From the NCBI RefSeq assembly GCF_009834535.1, contig NC_045696.1:43836001-43900000 (forward strand): 64,000 nt of DNA, in the 5' to 3' direction. Made by a program: the position numbers and the translations under genes. Below are positions 10,650-23,076 of the stretch, in pieces. The stretch's first letter is position 1. The number at the start of each line of letters is the position of its first letter. A model generated the notes under the pieces. That model saw nothing but the letters and a program-made list of their open reading frames with translations. It searched no databases and was not told where the DNA came from. Origin of the DNA: Camelus ferus (taxonomy: Eukaryota).

Positions 10650-13478
10650 TTTTTTAACATTTTTTATTGATTTATAATCATTTTACAATGTTGTGTCAAA
10701 TTCCAGTGTAGAGCACAATTTTTCAGTTATACATGAACATATATATATTCATTGTCACATTTTTTTCTCTGTGAGCTACCATAAGATCTTGTGTATATTT
10801 CCCTGTGCTATACAGTATAATCTTGTTTATCTATTCTACAATTTTGAAATTCCATCTATCCCTTCCCACCCTCCACCCCCTTGGCAACCGCAAGTTTGTA
10901 TTCTATGTTTATGAGTCTATTTCTGTTTTGTATTTATGCTTTGTTTGTTTTTTTTGTTTTGTTTTGTTTTGCTTTTTAGATTCCACAAATGAGCAATCTC
11001 ATATGGTATTTTTCTTTCTCTTTCCGGCTTACTTCACTTAGAATGACATTCTTGAGGAACATCCATGTTGCTGCAAATGGCATTATGTTGTCGGTTTTTA
11101 TGGCTGAATAGTATTCCATTGTATAAATATACCACCTCTTCTTTATCCAGTCATCCGTTGATGGACATTTAGACTGTTTCCATGTCTTGGCTATTGTAAA
11201 TAGTGCTGCTATGAACATTGGGGTGCAGGTGTCATTTTGAAGTAGGGTTCCTTCTGGATATATGCCCAGGAGCGGGATTCCTGGGTCACATGGTAAGTCT
11301 ATTCCTAGTCTTTTGAGGAATCTCCATACCGTTTTCCACAGTGGCTGCACCAAACTGCATTCCCACTAGCAGTGTAGGAGAGTTCCCTTTTCTCTACAGC
11401 CTCTCCAGCATTTGTCATTTGTGGATTTTTGAATGATGGCCATTCTGACTGGCATGAGGTGATACCTCATTGTAGTTTTGATCTGCATTTCTCTGATAAT
11501 TAGTGATACTGAGCATTTTTTCATGTGCCTATTGATCATTTGTATGTCTTCCTTGGATAATTGCTTGTTTAGGTCTTTTGCCCATTTTTGGATTGGGTTG
11601 TTTGTTTCTTTCTTATTAAGTCATATGAGCTGCTTATATATTCTGGAGAACAGGCCTTTGTCGGTTTCATTTGCAAAAATTGTCTCCCATTCCATAGGTT
11701 GTCCTTTTGTTTTACTTATGGTTTCTTTTGCTGTGCAGAAGCTTGTAAGTTTCATTAGGGCCCATTAGTTTATTCTTGCTTTTGTTTCTATTGCTTGAGT
11801 AGACTGTTCTAGGAGAACATTTTTGAGATGTATGTCAGATAATGTTTTGCTTATACTTTCTTCTAGGAGGTTTATTGTATCTTGTCTTATGTTTAAGTCT
11901 TTGATCCATTTTGAGTTGATTTTTGTGTATGGTGTAAGGGAGTGTTCTAGCTTCATTGCTTTACATGCTGCTGTCCAGTTTTCCCAACACCATTTGCTGA
12001 TGAGACTGTCTTTATTCCATTGTATGTTCTTGCCTCCTTTGTCGAAGATTAGTTGACCAAAGGTTTGTGGGTTCATTTCTGGGCTCTCTATTCTGTTCCT
12101 TTGGTCCATATGTCTGTTTTTGTACCAATACCATGCTGTTTTGATTACTGTAGCTCTATAGAATTGTCTGAAGTCTGGGAGAGTTATTCCTCCAGCCTCT
12201 TTCTCTTCAGTAATGCTTTGGCAATTCTAGGTCTTTGATGGTTCCAAATAAGTTTTATTATGATTTGTTCTAGTTCTGTGAAATATGTCCTGAGTAATTT
12301 GATAGGGATTGCATTAAATCTGTAGATTGCCTTGGGCAGTGTGACCATTTTAACGATATTGATTCTTCCAATCCAAGAGCATGGGATAGCTTTCCATTTT
12401 TTAAAGTCTTCTTTAATTTCCTTCATCAGTGGTTTATAGTTTTCTGTGTATAATTCTTTCACCTCCTTGGTTAGATGTATTCCTAGGTATTTTATTACTT
12501 TGGGTGCTATTTTAAAGGGGATTGTTTCTTTACTTTCTTCTTCTGTTGATTCATCGTTAGTGTAAAGAAATGCAACTGATTTTTGAACGTTAATCTTGTA
12601 ACCTGCTACCTTGCTGAATTCTTCGATCAGCTCTAGTAATTTTTGTGTGGACCTTTTAGGGTTTTCTATATATAGTAACATGTCATCAACATATAGTGAC
12701 ACTTTTACCTCTTCTTTTCGAATTTGGATCCCTTTTATTTCTCTCTCTTGCCTGATTGCTGTGGCTAGGACTTCCAAGACTATGTTGAATAGGAGTGTGA
12801 CAGTGGGCATCCTTGTCTTGTCCCAGATTTCAGAGGGAAGCTTTTGAGTTTTTCACCATTGAGTACTATGCTGGCTATAGGTTTGTCATATATAGCTTTT
12901 CTTATGTTGAGATATGTTCCGTCTATATCCACTTTGGGGGGAGTTTTTATCATAAATGGGTATTGAATTTTATCAAATGCTTTTTCTGCATCTATTGAGA
13001 TGATCGTGTGGTTTTTGTCCTTTTTCTTGTTGATGTGATGTATTACATTGATTGATTTGCGTATGTTGAACCACCCTTGTGTCCCTGGGATGAACCCCTA
13101 CTTGGTCATGATGTATAATGTTTTTTATGTGCTGTTGGATTCTATTTGCTAATATTTTGGTGAGGACTTTTACATCTATGTTCATCAGTGATATTGGCCT
13201 ATAATTCTCTTTTTTGGTAGTGTCTTTGCCTGGTTTTGGTATCAGGATGATGGTAGCTTCATAGAATGAGTTTGGGAGTATTCCCTCCTTTTCAATCGTC
13301 TGGAAGAGTTTAAGAAGGACTAGTATGAGTTCTTCTTTATGTGCTTGGTAGAATTCCCTGGTGAAGCCATCTGGTCCTGGACTTTTATTTGTAGGAATGT
13401 TTTTTATTGCTAATTCAATTTCATTTTTAATGTTTGTTCAAGTGGTCAGTTTCTTCTTTATTCAGTCTTGGTGGACTG
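10650..13478 (-). mobile_element. Young 5'-truncated LINE-1 (3' part of ORF2 with RT domain, plus 3' UTR); frameshifted, inactive
   Basis: ORF2 peptides [75 protein letters not shown], ending LICGI* at ~10976. Perfect 13 bp TSD CCTCCATACAATA at 10637-10649 and 13479-13491. Confidence 0.97.
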
Positions 13479-14169
13479 CCTCCATACAATACTATAATGA
13501 AGATACAATTTGAAAAATTTAAAAAGAGCCCAATGCAATATAAATTATTGGGAATAAAACGGGAATTTTTTTTTCTATTATCAGTTCCATATCCTACTTC
13601 TAGAGAATGGAAAATAACTATCCACTGAATTAAAACCTTGAATTGGTATCTTCTGCATAAACATATTATGCTTAATACCTTCCTTGAGTAAAGGAGAGAT
13701 GATGGATTTAACATTTTCTTGAGATATGTTTAACATTTTGGGGTGTCTCTAGACTAGAAAGGAGGATGTTTTTAGTTCTAAGATAGACAAGATGAAGTTT
13801 AAAAATATATACTATAAGCTTATATGTGGATGCAAAGACAGTTTTAAAAGGCAGGTGTACTCACCAGTTAGTAATCAAGAAATTCTTGCTGCTTGGCTGA
13901 AGGCACATTCCTAGCCCACTAGGACTTTACAGTTTGTTTGGAGAATCAAGGCTAATATATGTGAAAGGGTGGACATAATACTGAAGTACTTCTTTGTAGT
14001 GCTAGCAACTAGTGCAACAGGAGTCAAACGTATACACTTACACTCTTTTCATTCTTGTAAGTGAAGAATGGCACTTGGTCTTAAATGATGACTGGGATTA
14101 GAGCTTGTCAAATAGTGGAGAGAACCACAAATTTCTAGAAAGAACAATAAAGAAGGTATAGAGACATGC

Positions 14170-14362
14170 CTGTTAGGTAAAGAGCCAGAAAAAAAAAATC
14201 CTTTAGATTTATAGGCTACATATAGCCTCTGTCATATATTTTCCTTCTTTTCTTCTCTCAACCATATAAAAAATGTGGAAAAAAATGTTCTTTGCTGGAG
14301 GACTGTACATAAATAGTCAATAGATCAGATTTGGCCAGTGGACCGCAGTGTGCCAATCCCCA
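14170..14362 (+). mobile_element. MER58-like hAT-Charlie MITE
   Basis: gtaaagagccaga...gatttggccagtggaccgcagtgtgccaatcccc resembles the MER58B ends. Confidence 0.7.
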
Positions 14363-17300
14363 GTTTAGAATGACCATGTAGAATTCTGCCTAACTAGATT
14401 GAAATTTTAATATAGGACAATGACGAGAATGTGGGAAAGAAAAGATAAAGCTATATTATTAAGAATACCAAAAGCCAGAATAAAGGATTGGATTTGAATT
14501 CAACTTTATTCCCTAAGTATAAGGTGAAAGTACTTATATGCCAATTAATTTCACATATCTTTAGCATTAAACCAAATGTTCTTTGTATTTGATCCCAGGA
14601 AATCAAATGGAGCATGTTTAATTAAAAAGGAACATTAAGCCAGGTTTTGTTTCATCCCTTATGGGGTGGAGTCAGAACATTCTCTTTTTTAAATTTGTAC
14701 TGCTTCTGAAGGTACACCTTTTAATGAAGTCCAATAATTGCTGATGTTGATGTGTTGACCTTGGATGTTCTGATGCACAAATTAAATGAAGACCATATGT
14801 GGTGGTTTTCTTTGGAGAAGATGTGTATTTTTGTACTTGTGAAATCAAAGGAACTGTTATTGAAACTCAAATCCTAAGTTTTATATTTGCTCACAGCTGG
14901 GGTTTCCCTCAGCCCTGGTAAATACACAGCACATGCTTAGTTATCAGAGTACCTTGGGAAAATTTCAGAGGTTTTAAACAGTTCCTGAATCTTCTCAGCA
15001 TCTTTACTGTCCATACTTGTGAAATCCCAAAACAGTGGCTTGGGATCTAAACCATACTAGGAAGTATGACATATGAGCAAGAATATGTATAATGCATAAT
15101 CTATATATTACACACGTGAAATGCTTTGTTATCATCTGGATGTTTCGTTGTGATAAATCAATTTCTTATAATGTATGTTGAAATAGTATGGAAATATACA
15201 GTGATGTAGAAAAGAGAAATATCTAAGAAGAAAATATTGATAATGAAACTTTTACAGGGGTGAGAACATGATTTTGATAATGATGACATGAGAAAAATAT
15301 AACAGTGCAAACAGGATTGCCTAAAAATTAAGTGAAATGGAGTGATTGAAGATGTGTAGATGTTTCATAAACAAACAAAAATATATTTATGTACATATAC
15401 ATATATAACACACATATAAATTTGTATTTTTCAGTTGCATTCTGATTTGCTGTGGCTTCCATCATCAATCAAAATTTCAGGCTTTTGATTATTCAGCATA
15501 CACATTTATTATGTTCACTTCTATCTGATGGAAAATTGAGAGAGTAAAGGGAAAGATCCCTATAGATCCCATTTTCAATTTTTCATTGTTGTGCAACTTA
15601 TTTGTATTAATATAGGTGTACAATTAAAAAGTGAAAGACTTTTTGACAATATAGGAAAACAATTATTTTATTATTATTATTTCTTTTAGAACTCCAGTGA
15701 AAATTAACTAGTTGAATCAGCAACCCCTCTTCCATACCCATCAGGTACAAACATAAATCCAGTAAATATTAGAAAACAAAATAAAAACTAAACATAAATT
15801 TTGAAAAGGTAGAATCTGTGAATAAGTTTGACTCAACTTACCTGATATATAATATGTGTATATTTTATTCAAGATGCTTTTTAATTTAAAAAAAGTTATA
15901 AATTCATTATCTGTACAGTTCTCCATAATGTTTTTTATCTTCTACAAAAATCACTATGTTTTGACCAGTGGTTTGAGTTTATTACTTCTGATGGGAAAAA
16001 TTGCCTTTCTAGAACAATTCTAGCAAACTCATCAAGCACGGCCATCACCTAAAGAGTTATGTCCTGATCTCTTCTTAATAGCATGAAGTTTTTATGTCAT
16101 GTCATAGTAGTTAACATCATGAGATTTCATTTACCTCATATAGGTGTATGTATGAGCTTTAGAGGTGAATGGGCATGTTTAGCCATAGGGACGTTAAAAT
16201 ACAGTTAGCAAAGACTGACCAGGAAGTGAAAAGCAAGGTTATATTTGAAAGAATTTTTGTAGTGTTGTTCTTATTTTGAAGGTCTACTTATAATTATCTT
16301 TTGGTTTTTCTCTTGTTTCTAATTGTTGAAATATAAAAAAAAACAAGACATTTTCAAAATTTTGTTGCTATGGTGATTAATACATAGGGCTTTTGAAGAA
16401 ATAAAACCCAGTCTACAAAAGAGAAATAAAAGACGAGAGGATTATAAAATTAAAAAAAAGAAAACACAAAAGAAAACAAACATTGTAATATTAAGAAGAA
16501 ATTTAACCGAAGATTGGTGTTGTGGCATTTTGGGGATGAGGAAAACTTCTTCCCTTTAACTACCTGCCATTTTAGTGAGATGCTTGCTTTATCAACTGTT
16601 ATACTTTCGATGAATATATTTTCAAATTGAAACCAAAATGCAATTTTGAACTTTTCAGAGCAAGACCTGCATATCACAGCAGGAGAGAGAGGAGAAGCTT
16701 AAGGTCAAAGGGGAAATTCCTTATGCTAGAACTTGTTTTTGCAAGTTACGCCAATATCCACAAAATCACCGTTGCTGACCCTAATGAAGAGGACACAATG
16801 AAATAAAAAATTTGGAACAGAACTTGACAGCTATCCATAATCTCATGTACAAACTACTATACAAAAAAAAGAAAAAAAAATTCTCCCCATCACACCATAC
16901 ACATATTATTATCTTAATGAAAAATAATATTTCTTAAAGTAATAATTACAAACTGGAATATATTTCCTTTATTAAATATTCAATGTCATTTAATTTTTTT
17001 TTACTGTTAATACACTTTGAAATAATTATCAGCAAAGCCACACATTAGTGTTATTTTAAAAAGGAAAGAAAAATCTATTAAAATTTAAGTATATGGCATG
17101 GATGCAGAAATTGGTATGTTTAACAGAGAGTACCAGGAAAGATCAAATACAGATATGTTTCATTGAATTTGAATAGAGTCAGTATTCAGTTTCATATACT
17201 ACTCTATTTAAAGTAGTATTCGCACAATACAAATCATGATTGTCTTTAATAAGAGAAAGAACTCCGGAGTTTGTCACAGATGACTATAAATATTTCTTCC

Positions 17301-17743
17301 TAATCTTTCAAATTTTCAGGCCTGAGAGGAAAGAGAACTGTTGTAAAATGGAAACTAACTGCCTAAAGGAATTTGGATGAAAGACTGTTCCAGGAAGGGA
17401 GTTATCATCATAAATAACTATAGTATAAAATGAATAGTTGGAGTTGACAGGGAGGAACCTAGCAAAGTCTGTTTATTAAAATTCTTCTCTGTGTCCTATT
17501 GTTCCTTTATGGCCCGGCAAACATTAATTTACCAAACAGTTGCTCATTTTCATCTTCCTGTGAATTGCTTTCCTTCCCTTTGAAGTCCTAAACCTCATCC
17601 TCTTCTTTTTCTCTCAGATGGCATATGAGCTTCAATTGCCTAACTTGTCTTTGGGCCATATATTCTTACAACCCTCACCACATACATACATAATTAAACT
17701 TGATTTTCTCCTGCTAATCTGTCTCATGCCATTCTCCCACAGT

Positions 17744-17762
17744 TGGTGTAGTTGGCAGAATT
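17744..17762 (+). other. Primer-binding site complementary to tRNA-Ser
   Basis: TGGTGTAGTTGGCAGAATT versus TGGCGTAGTCGGCAGGATT (reverse complement of the tRNA-Ser 3' end): two CpG decays and one transition, 2 nt after the LTR CA. Confidence 0.85.
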
Positions 17763-19400
17763 AACTTCCTGGGTTGAACTGTGCTACCTCTGAGTCTGCT
17801 TGCAGCTGAAAGATCCTGGGACATCTGATAAGACCCACAAAAGGTAGGAATTCTTACCATGTTAGTCTTCCAGATCTCTGCCTTCAGTGTCTTTTGGAAG
17901 CAAGAATGGTAAGAGAACCCTTTTTCGCTTTTCTAAATTTATATTATCAGGAGAAAATACTTCTAGAGCTAATTTCTTGGGCTTATTAGCAACTCTGGCA
18001 AATTTGGTAGAGTACTCTTGGCTTTATTGATCCATTCTATTCCAGAGATGGTCATAGTTTTTCTTTGTCTCTGTTGTGCTATTTGTCTTGTTCTATGTCC
18101 TGAGAGCTTGGCTTTATGATCAGTGAGAATATTCTATCTGCTGTCCACAATCCAGAAAGTGCACTTACCAGTGTGCATTTGACCATCAGTTGAATAGGCT
18201 AGGATTCCAAGCAACTCTCGCCAGCTTGTCAGAAGCACAGTTAGCATAACCTGGGCTTGTGACTGGTATCTCTTTGTCCAGCCATGCCAGCTATCAGGGA
18301 AGTTTGTCATAGGGTTTTCAGCCCATAAGGTGCCTTTTTCGTCTCAAACTTTTTTGCTTTGTTAATGACATCATTCTTACTGCCTGTGCAATGAACTTCT
18401 TTGCTCTCATAGGCTGTTTTGGAGACTGAAACTTTTTCATCTTATGAGAGCTATATCTTTTTGCACTCTCTTTTGGAGATGCCTCTTGCATCCATGATTA
18501 AGCTATGAAAGGCTTATTGGTTTCAGTCACTATTAAGATCCTACTTAGCAATGGCCAGACAATGGATCCTTTGTATTAGAGAAACTTCTATATTGGTAAA
18601 GTTTTAGACAGCTCTCATTATAAACAGCTGTCTTATTGGTACCTATGGGAAAGAAGAAATTAAAAGGTGGATACAAAGAAATATAACAGCTAGCTTTAAG
18701 AACTCCCTTAAAAATAGAAACCTGTTTGGGAAACCTTATCAAATTTGTGGTCTCAGCTTCCTTTCATGGTTCTTAGAGATGCTAGTAAAAAACATTAGGT
18801 TAAATTAACAAGAGAATGGGAACAGGCTGAGAATCAAGGGACTCTTCCCAACAGGTGAAAATTTTTGAAGGATTATTAAGAAATAAGGTAAATAAAGCAA
18901 ATATTGAAAGAGGTGGAATAAGAGAAATTGGAAAAGAAGAGTTGCAGGACTTCTCCCAGAGTGATTTAAATCTTTAGATGATTAGTAAGAAATGGAATTA
19001 GGAAGTAGTTTGGCCTGGAGGGTCACCCGGTTTCTATGCAGCATCGGGAAACAATGAGGGCCCCTGAGGGTATGCCTCCTATAGTCCAGTGCACCTGGCC
19101 TAGGACCCACTTACTCCCAGAAGGCACACTTCTGGGCCAGACAGAGGACACCACCAGCTCTGGGCATTTAAAATTAAAAAAGAAAAGAAAAGAAATGAAT
19201 AAAACAAACATGATGGAGTTAAAACAAAGGTTCTGAATATAGCACTACCTATATATAGCTAGCTGGGCCAAAGTGTCCCCCTGCTAGTCATTCTCCAACA
19301 TTAAAGGGCCCCAAACCAGTCTGCTCTATTTATCCCATTTAGAGAATATTTTTTTTAAATCAAGAAGGTAAAAATTATGTGCAGTAAAATTCATATTTTA

Positions 19401-19836
19401 TGATATGATAAGAAAAATTTAAACATAAAAAATTTTCTGTGCCTTTTGGCCTCCTCTTTCCCCACTTCTGTGCATTGTGTATCTGCATTTACCCATGGAC
19501 CAAACCTCCCCTATTGGCAGAAATACCTGCTCAACCATAACCAGCAACATTCTCCAGTGTCAACAAGACAACTCCTTAAAAGATCACATTCCTTCTTGAT
19601 CTTGCAAGGGATCACAATGATGCTTAGATATGAATTGTGTAAACTGTCAATAAAAATATGTCATTTAATATACAGCCCACTGTCTCAAAACTTACATAAC
19701 TGTGCCTTGACTACTAACAAACAAAACAGTTCTCAGAGCATTCTGAGATGCTCTTCCAGGGTTATGATCCTCAAATTTGGCTCAAATAAAGTTTTTCATT
19801 TCTTTCTTAGGTAGACTGATTAATTTTTCATCAACA
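19401..19836 (+). mobile_element. Solo ERV1 LTR nested in the provirus
   Basis: TG...CA termini, AATAAA at ~19785, approximate 4 bp TSD ttta/atta. Confidence 0.75.
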
Positions 19837-21485
19837 ATTACAATGAGAAACCTGACTAGTAATTGCTTGGGGCAACAATTAGGGCAGTTAATCGAGTTAA
19901 AAATTGACAGAAGGGCCTGGGCCCCTTGATTTAACCCCTCTGGGGACCCAAGGTCTTTTGCATAAGAATGGGTAAAATGACCCTCCGAAGGGAGTGTGGA
20001 GAGGAGTAGTTTCCAGGACTTCTTGATGTGAGAACCTGAGCTTGGTACCAAAATCCATCGGTGAGGTACTGATGGACTAGATTGAAAAAAAAATGTAAAA
20101 GTATAAGGATTGATAGGATGTTTGAGCAGGTATTATGTGAAGAGGTTATGTCAGTGTTGCTCGAGTGTTTAATAGGAATGGATGTTATGTCTGGGAGTGC
20201 TTCCTCACCCAGAATTGTAAGACCAAGACATGTTGATGGGGTCCTAGTGAAGGCTATGGTTTGAGATATGAGTTGATGGAATGAGCTGAAAGTTTGTAGG
20301 AAAGTTGGTATATTTGAATGGGCTCTATGAAAAACTGTTTTTGTCTTGCAAATCTCTACAAAACCAAAAATGTAGCTCTAGAAGCAAAATAAAAGCTTAC
20401 CTATCTTTACCATCCAAAACTTTCCCTACTATTCTCAAAATGCGTGTAGATATTGGGATGTGAGAACTGTACCTTTGTGATGTAGGTTGTCTACCTCCAT
20501 CTTCTCTAGGACCTAAGAGACCTTCTTTGAAACGCAAAATTTAAGATGTTTCTCATCAGAGGAAGAAAGTGGGGTGGAATATTCAGAAATTGGACAAATG
20601 AGAAACCTTAAAAATCTTACCTACAAATATTAGTAAAAACTCGTTAGCCATCTGGAGAGATAATCTTAACTTTTCCAACTGCCAGAACTAAGCTTGGATC
20701 CAATGTTATTTTATAAACTAGTGAGTTTTGTACTACTGTACCCATCTTATGACTAAAAATTTTTTGGACAAAAGCTATAAGATCTCTATGTCTGTCTGTA
20801 TGTTTGTGAGTCTGCATATGTATGGTGTGGATATGTAATTTTTTTCTTAACTTCTAGGTGTTATCATTAAAATTAATTTGTAAAAGAGCTCTATTTAATT
20901 GACTTAAACAAGTACTTATATAAAATTTCTCAAAGACAAAATAAACTAACCCTTTTTTTTTCAAGTTAGCAAAATATACACTATCTGTTAAATAAAAAAT
21001 TGTTTAAGTGTGTTGGTTTAATTAAACTAGTTATGCTTTCAGAATTATTGGTGGCAGATATTAATGCAGATATGCAGCTTTTATTCCACATGGGTTATTA
21101 ATCAAATAAGTTCATGTTATCTCTGTTATAAAATTTGTCAGCAAATAAATAAATAAATAAAAGTAAAAAACCTGGAGATGATGGTTGACTTTGTCTAATG
21201 TCTCAAGAAGTTTTCATAGGTATTCTAAACATAATTGTTAAAAAAAAAAAAAAGTAAATGGATGTAAATGAGATACAAGTTTCTAGGTAAACATGTTAAG
21301 TAGCCCCCCCAAATCTTTTTGCAAACCTGAAACCTTGCAGTTTTGATAAGTTTAATTAAATGATAGAAACTGAATGTATAGATCATTTCCAAATAAGATA
21401 AAATGCTGAAACATTAATTGCTGAATATAGGCTTATTTACTTTTGGTTTCTGATTACAGAGGAACTAAGGAAAAATTTGGGTCTA

Positions 21486-22004
21486 TTTTTTTTTTTAATA
21501 GACTTTATTCTTTCAGAGAAGTTTCAGGTTCACAACAGAATTGAGCAGAAAATACAGAGTTCCCACATAGCCCTCCCCACCCACACATATATACTCCCCT
21601 ACCCTCAACATCCCTCATCAGCATGGGATATTTGGTACAATCGATGAACCAACATGGGCCCATTATTATCAACAAAAGTCCGTAGTTTACATTAGGGTTC
21701 ACTCTTGATGTTGTACATTCTGTGATTTCAACAAATGCATAACAACATGTAGCCACCACTATAGTATCATACAGAATAATTTCATTGCCCTAAAAGTCCC
21801 TTGTGCTCCATCTATTCATTCCTCCCTCTCTCCCTCTCCCCAAACCCCTGGAAACCACAATCTTTTTATTGTTTCTGTAGCTGTGCCTTTTCCAGAATGT
21901 CATTGGGTTGGGATAATACTGTTTGTAGCCTTTTCAGACTTGCTTCTTTCATTTAGTAATATGTCTTTTAAGTTTCTTCCATGTCTTTCATGGCTTGATA
22001 GATC
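21486..22004 (-). mobile_element. L1MC1-like 3' UTR with poly(A), inserted in the ERV interior
   Basis: Poly-T at 21486-21496, then the L1MC1/2-type 3' end (caggttcacaacagaattgagcagaaaatacagagttccc...). Homologous to 42050-42575 on the other strand. Confidence 0.85.
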
Positions 22005-22965
22005 TTTTTTCTTCTTTTTCTTTTTTTTTTTCATTGCACATATACCTTTTAATTTACATATATGTACTGTTCATTGTTTCTAAGAACACTTTTAGCTTTT
22101 TAAACTTACATAGTTATCAAAGGAATAAAGCCAACCACAAAATAAGAATTAACTCAAAAAGATACACCCTGCTATTAACAGGGTCTACTAATAGACATAT
22201 CTTTTGCTTTACTGAAAGATTGTACTATGAAGTAGTGTATGTCTCTAAAAATTATAAAATGCATTTATAAATTTGCCAAGCCACAAAATACTGATGTAAG
22301 GCCTGTTCGATTGTTTACTCCTTAGTTAAGGTTTCTAAGGATTAAGAATTCTAACTGATATATGTAATTAAAGCTACTAGAAATAATAAGGAAAACATCT
22401 TTGTCTGCAAGGAAAGTAAGATGTATTTTGGGGTAAGAAAGAAATGAGGAATGAGGATGCACTTTTCTTGAGGAAAGTGAAAGTGATTTCATCTTAAAAT
22501 AAAGCTGATTATTTCAAGAATGGAATGGAATGAATGAATGAACGAATAAATAAACGAATACACTAATTTATTTCAAGATGAAGCATAAAAAGGGACAAAC
22601 TAAAATTGGTGTAGAAAGCTGTAGAATGTTTTTTGAAAAAGAATCTTGAGAAAAAAATTTGTGTGTGAACAAGCTGTATTTGCCTTTAACATCTTCTATT
22701 GTCACTTTGGTCATACAGATAGCTACATATTGTTTCACAGTGATTTACAATACTATTTGTTTTAAAACCTTTTTATATTTATCACAAACTTCCTAAAAAT
22801 TAAATTCTAAGTTAAGTCTTTCTGACCTGAAAATAACTTTGAGAATTTTCCAGTGGATCCCTGGAAAAACCCTCAAATTATTTGTTCTCTCTCCTTATAG
22901 AAGATATATATTAAATTAATTAGGTTTGTTTTGTATGTTAAATTACATGGGAAGCATTGTCAAAT

Positions 22966-23076
22966 GAAAAAGAATATGAAAATGAATATATATGTTCATG
23001 TATTATGCTATACACCAGATTGACACAAAATTATAAACTGACTATACTTCAATAAAAATATATATATACAAAAAAG
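22966..23076 (+). mobile_element. Short camelid-type L1 3'-end fragment in the ERV interior
   Basis: gaaaaagaatatgaaaatgaatata...actgactatacttcaataaaaa, as in the other L1 tails of this window. Confidence 0.8.

Noticed and set aside
12184..12810. 208 aa reverse-transcriptase ORF as a novel RT system
   Set aside because: It is a frameshifted piece of L1 ORF2 in a 5'-truncated copy.
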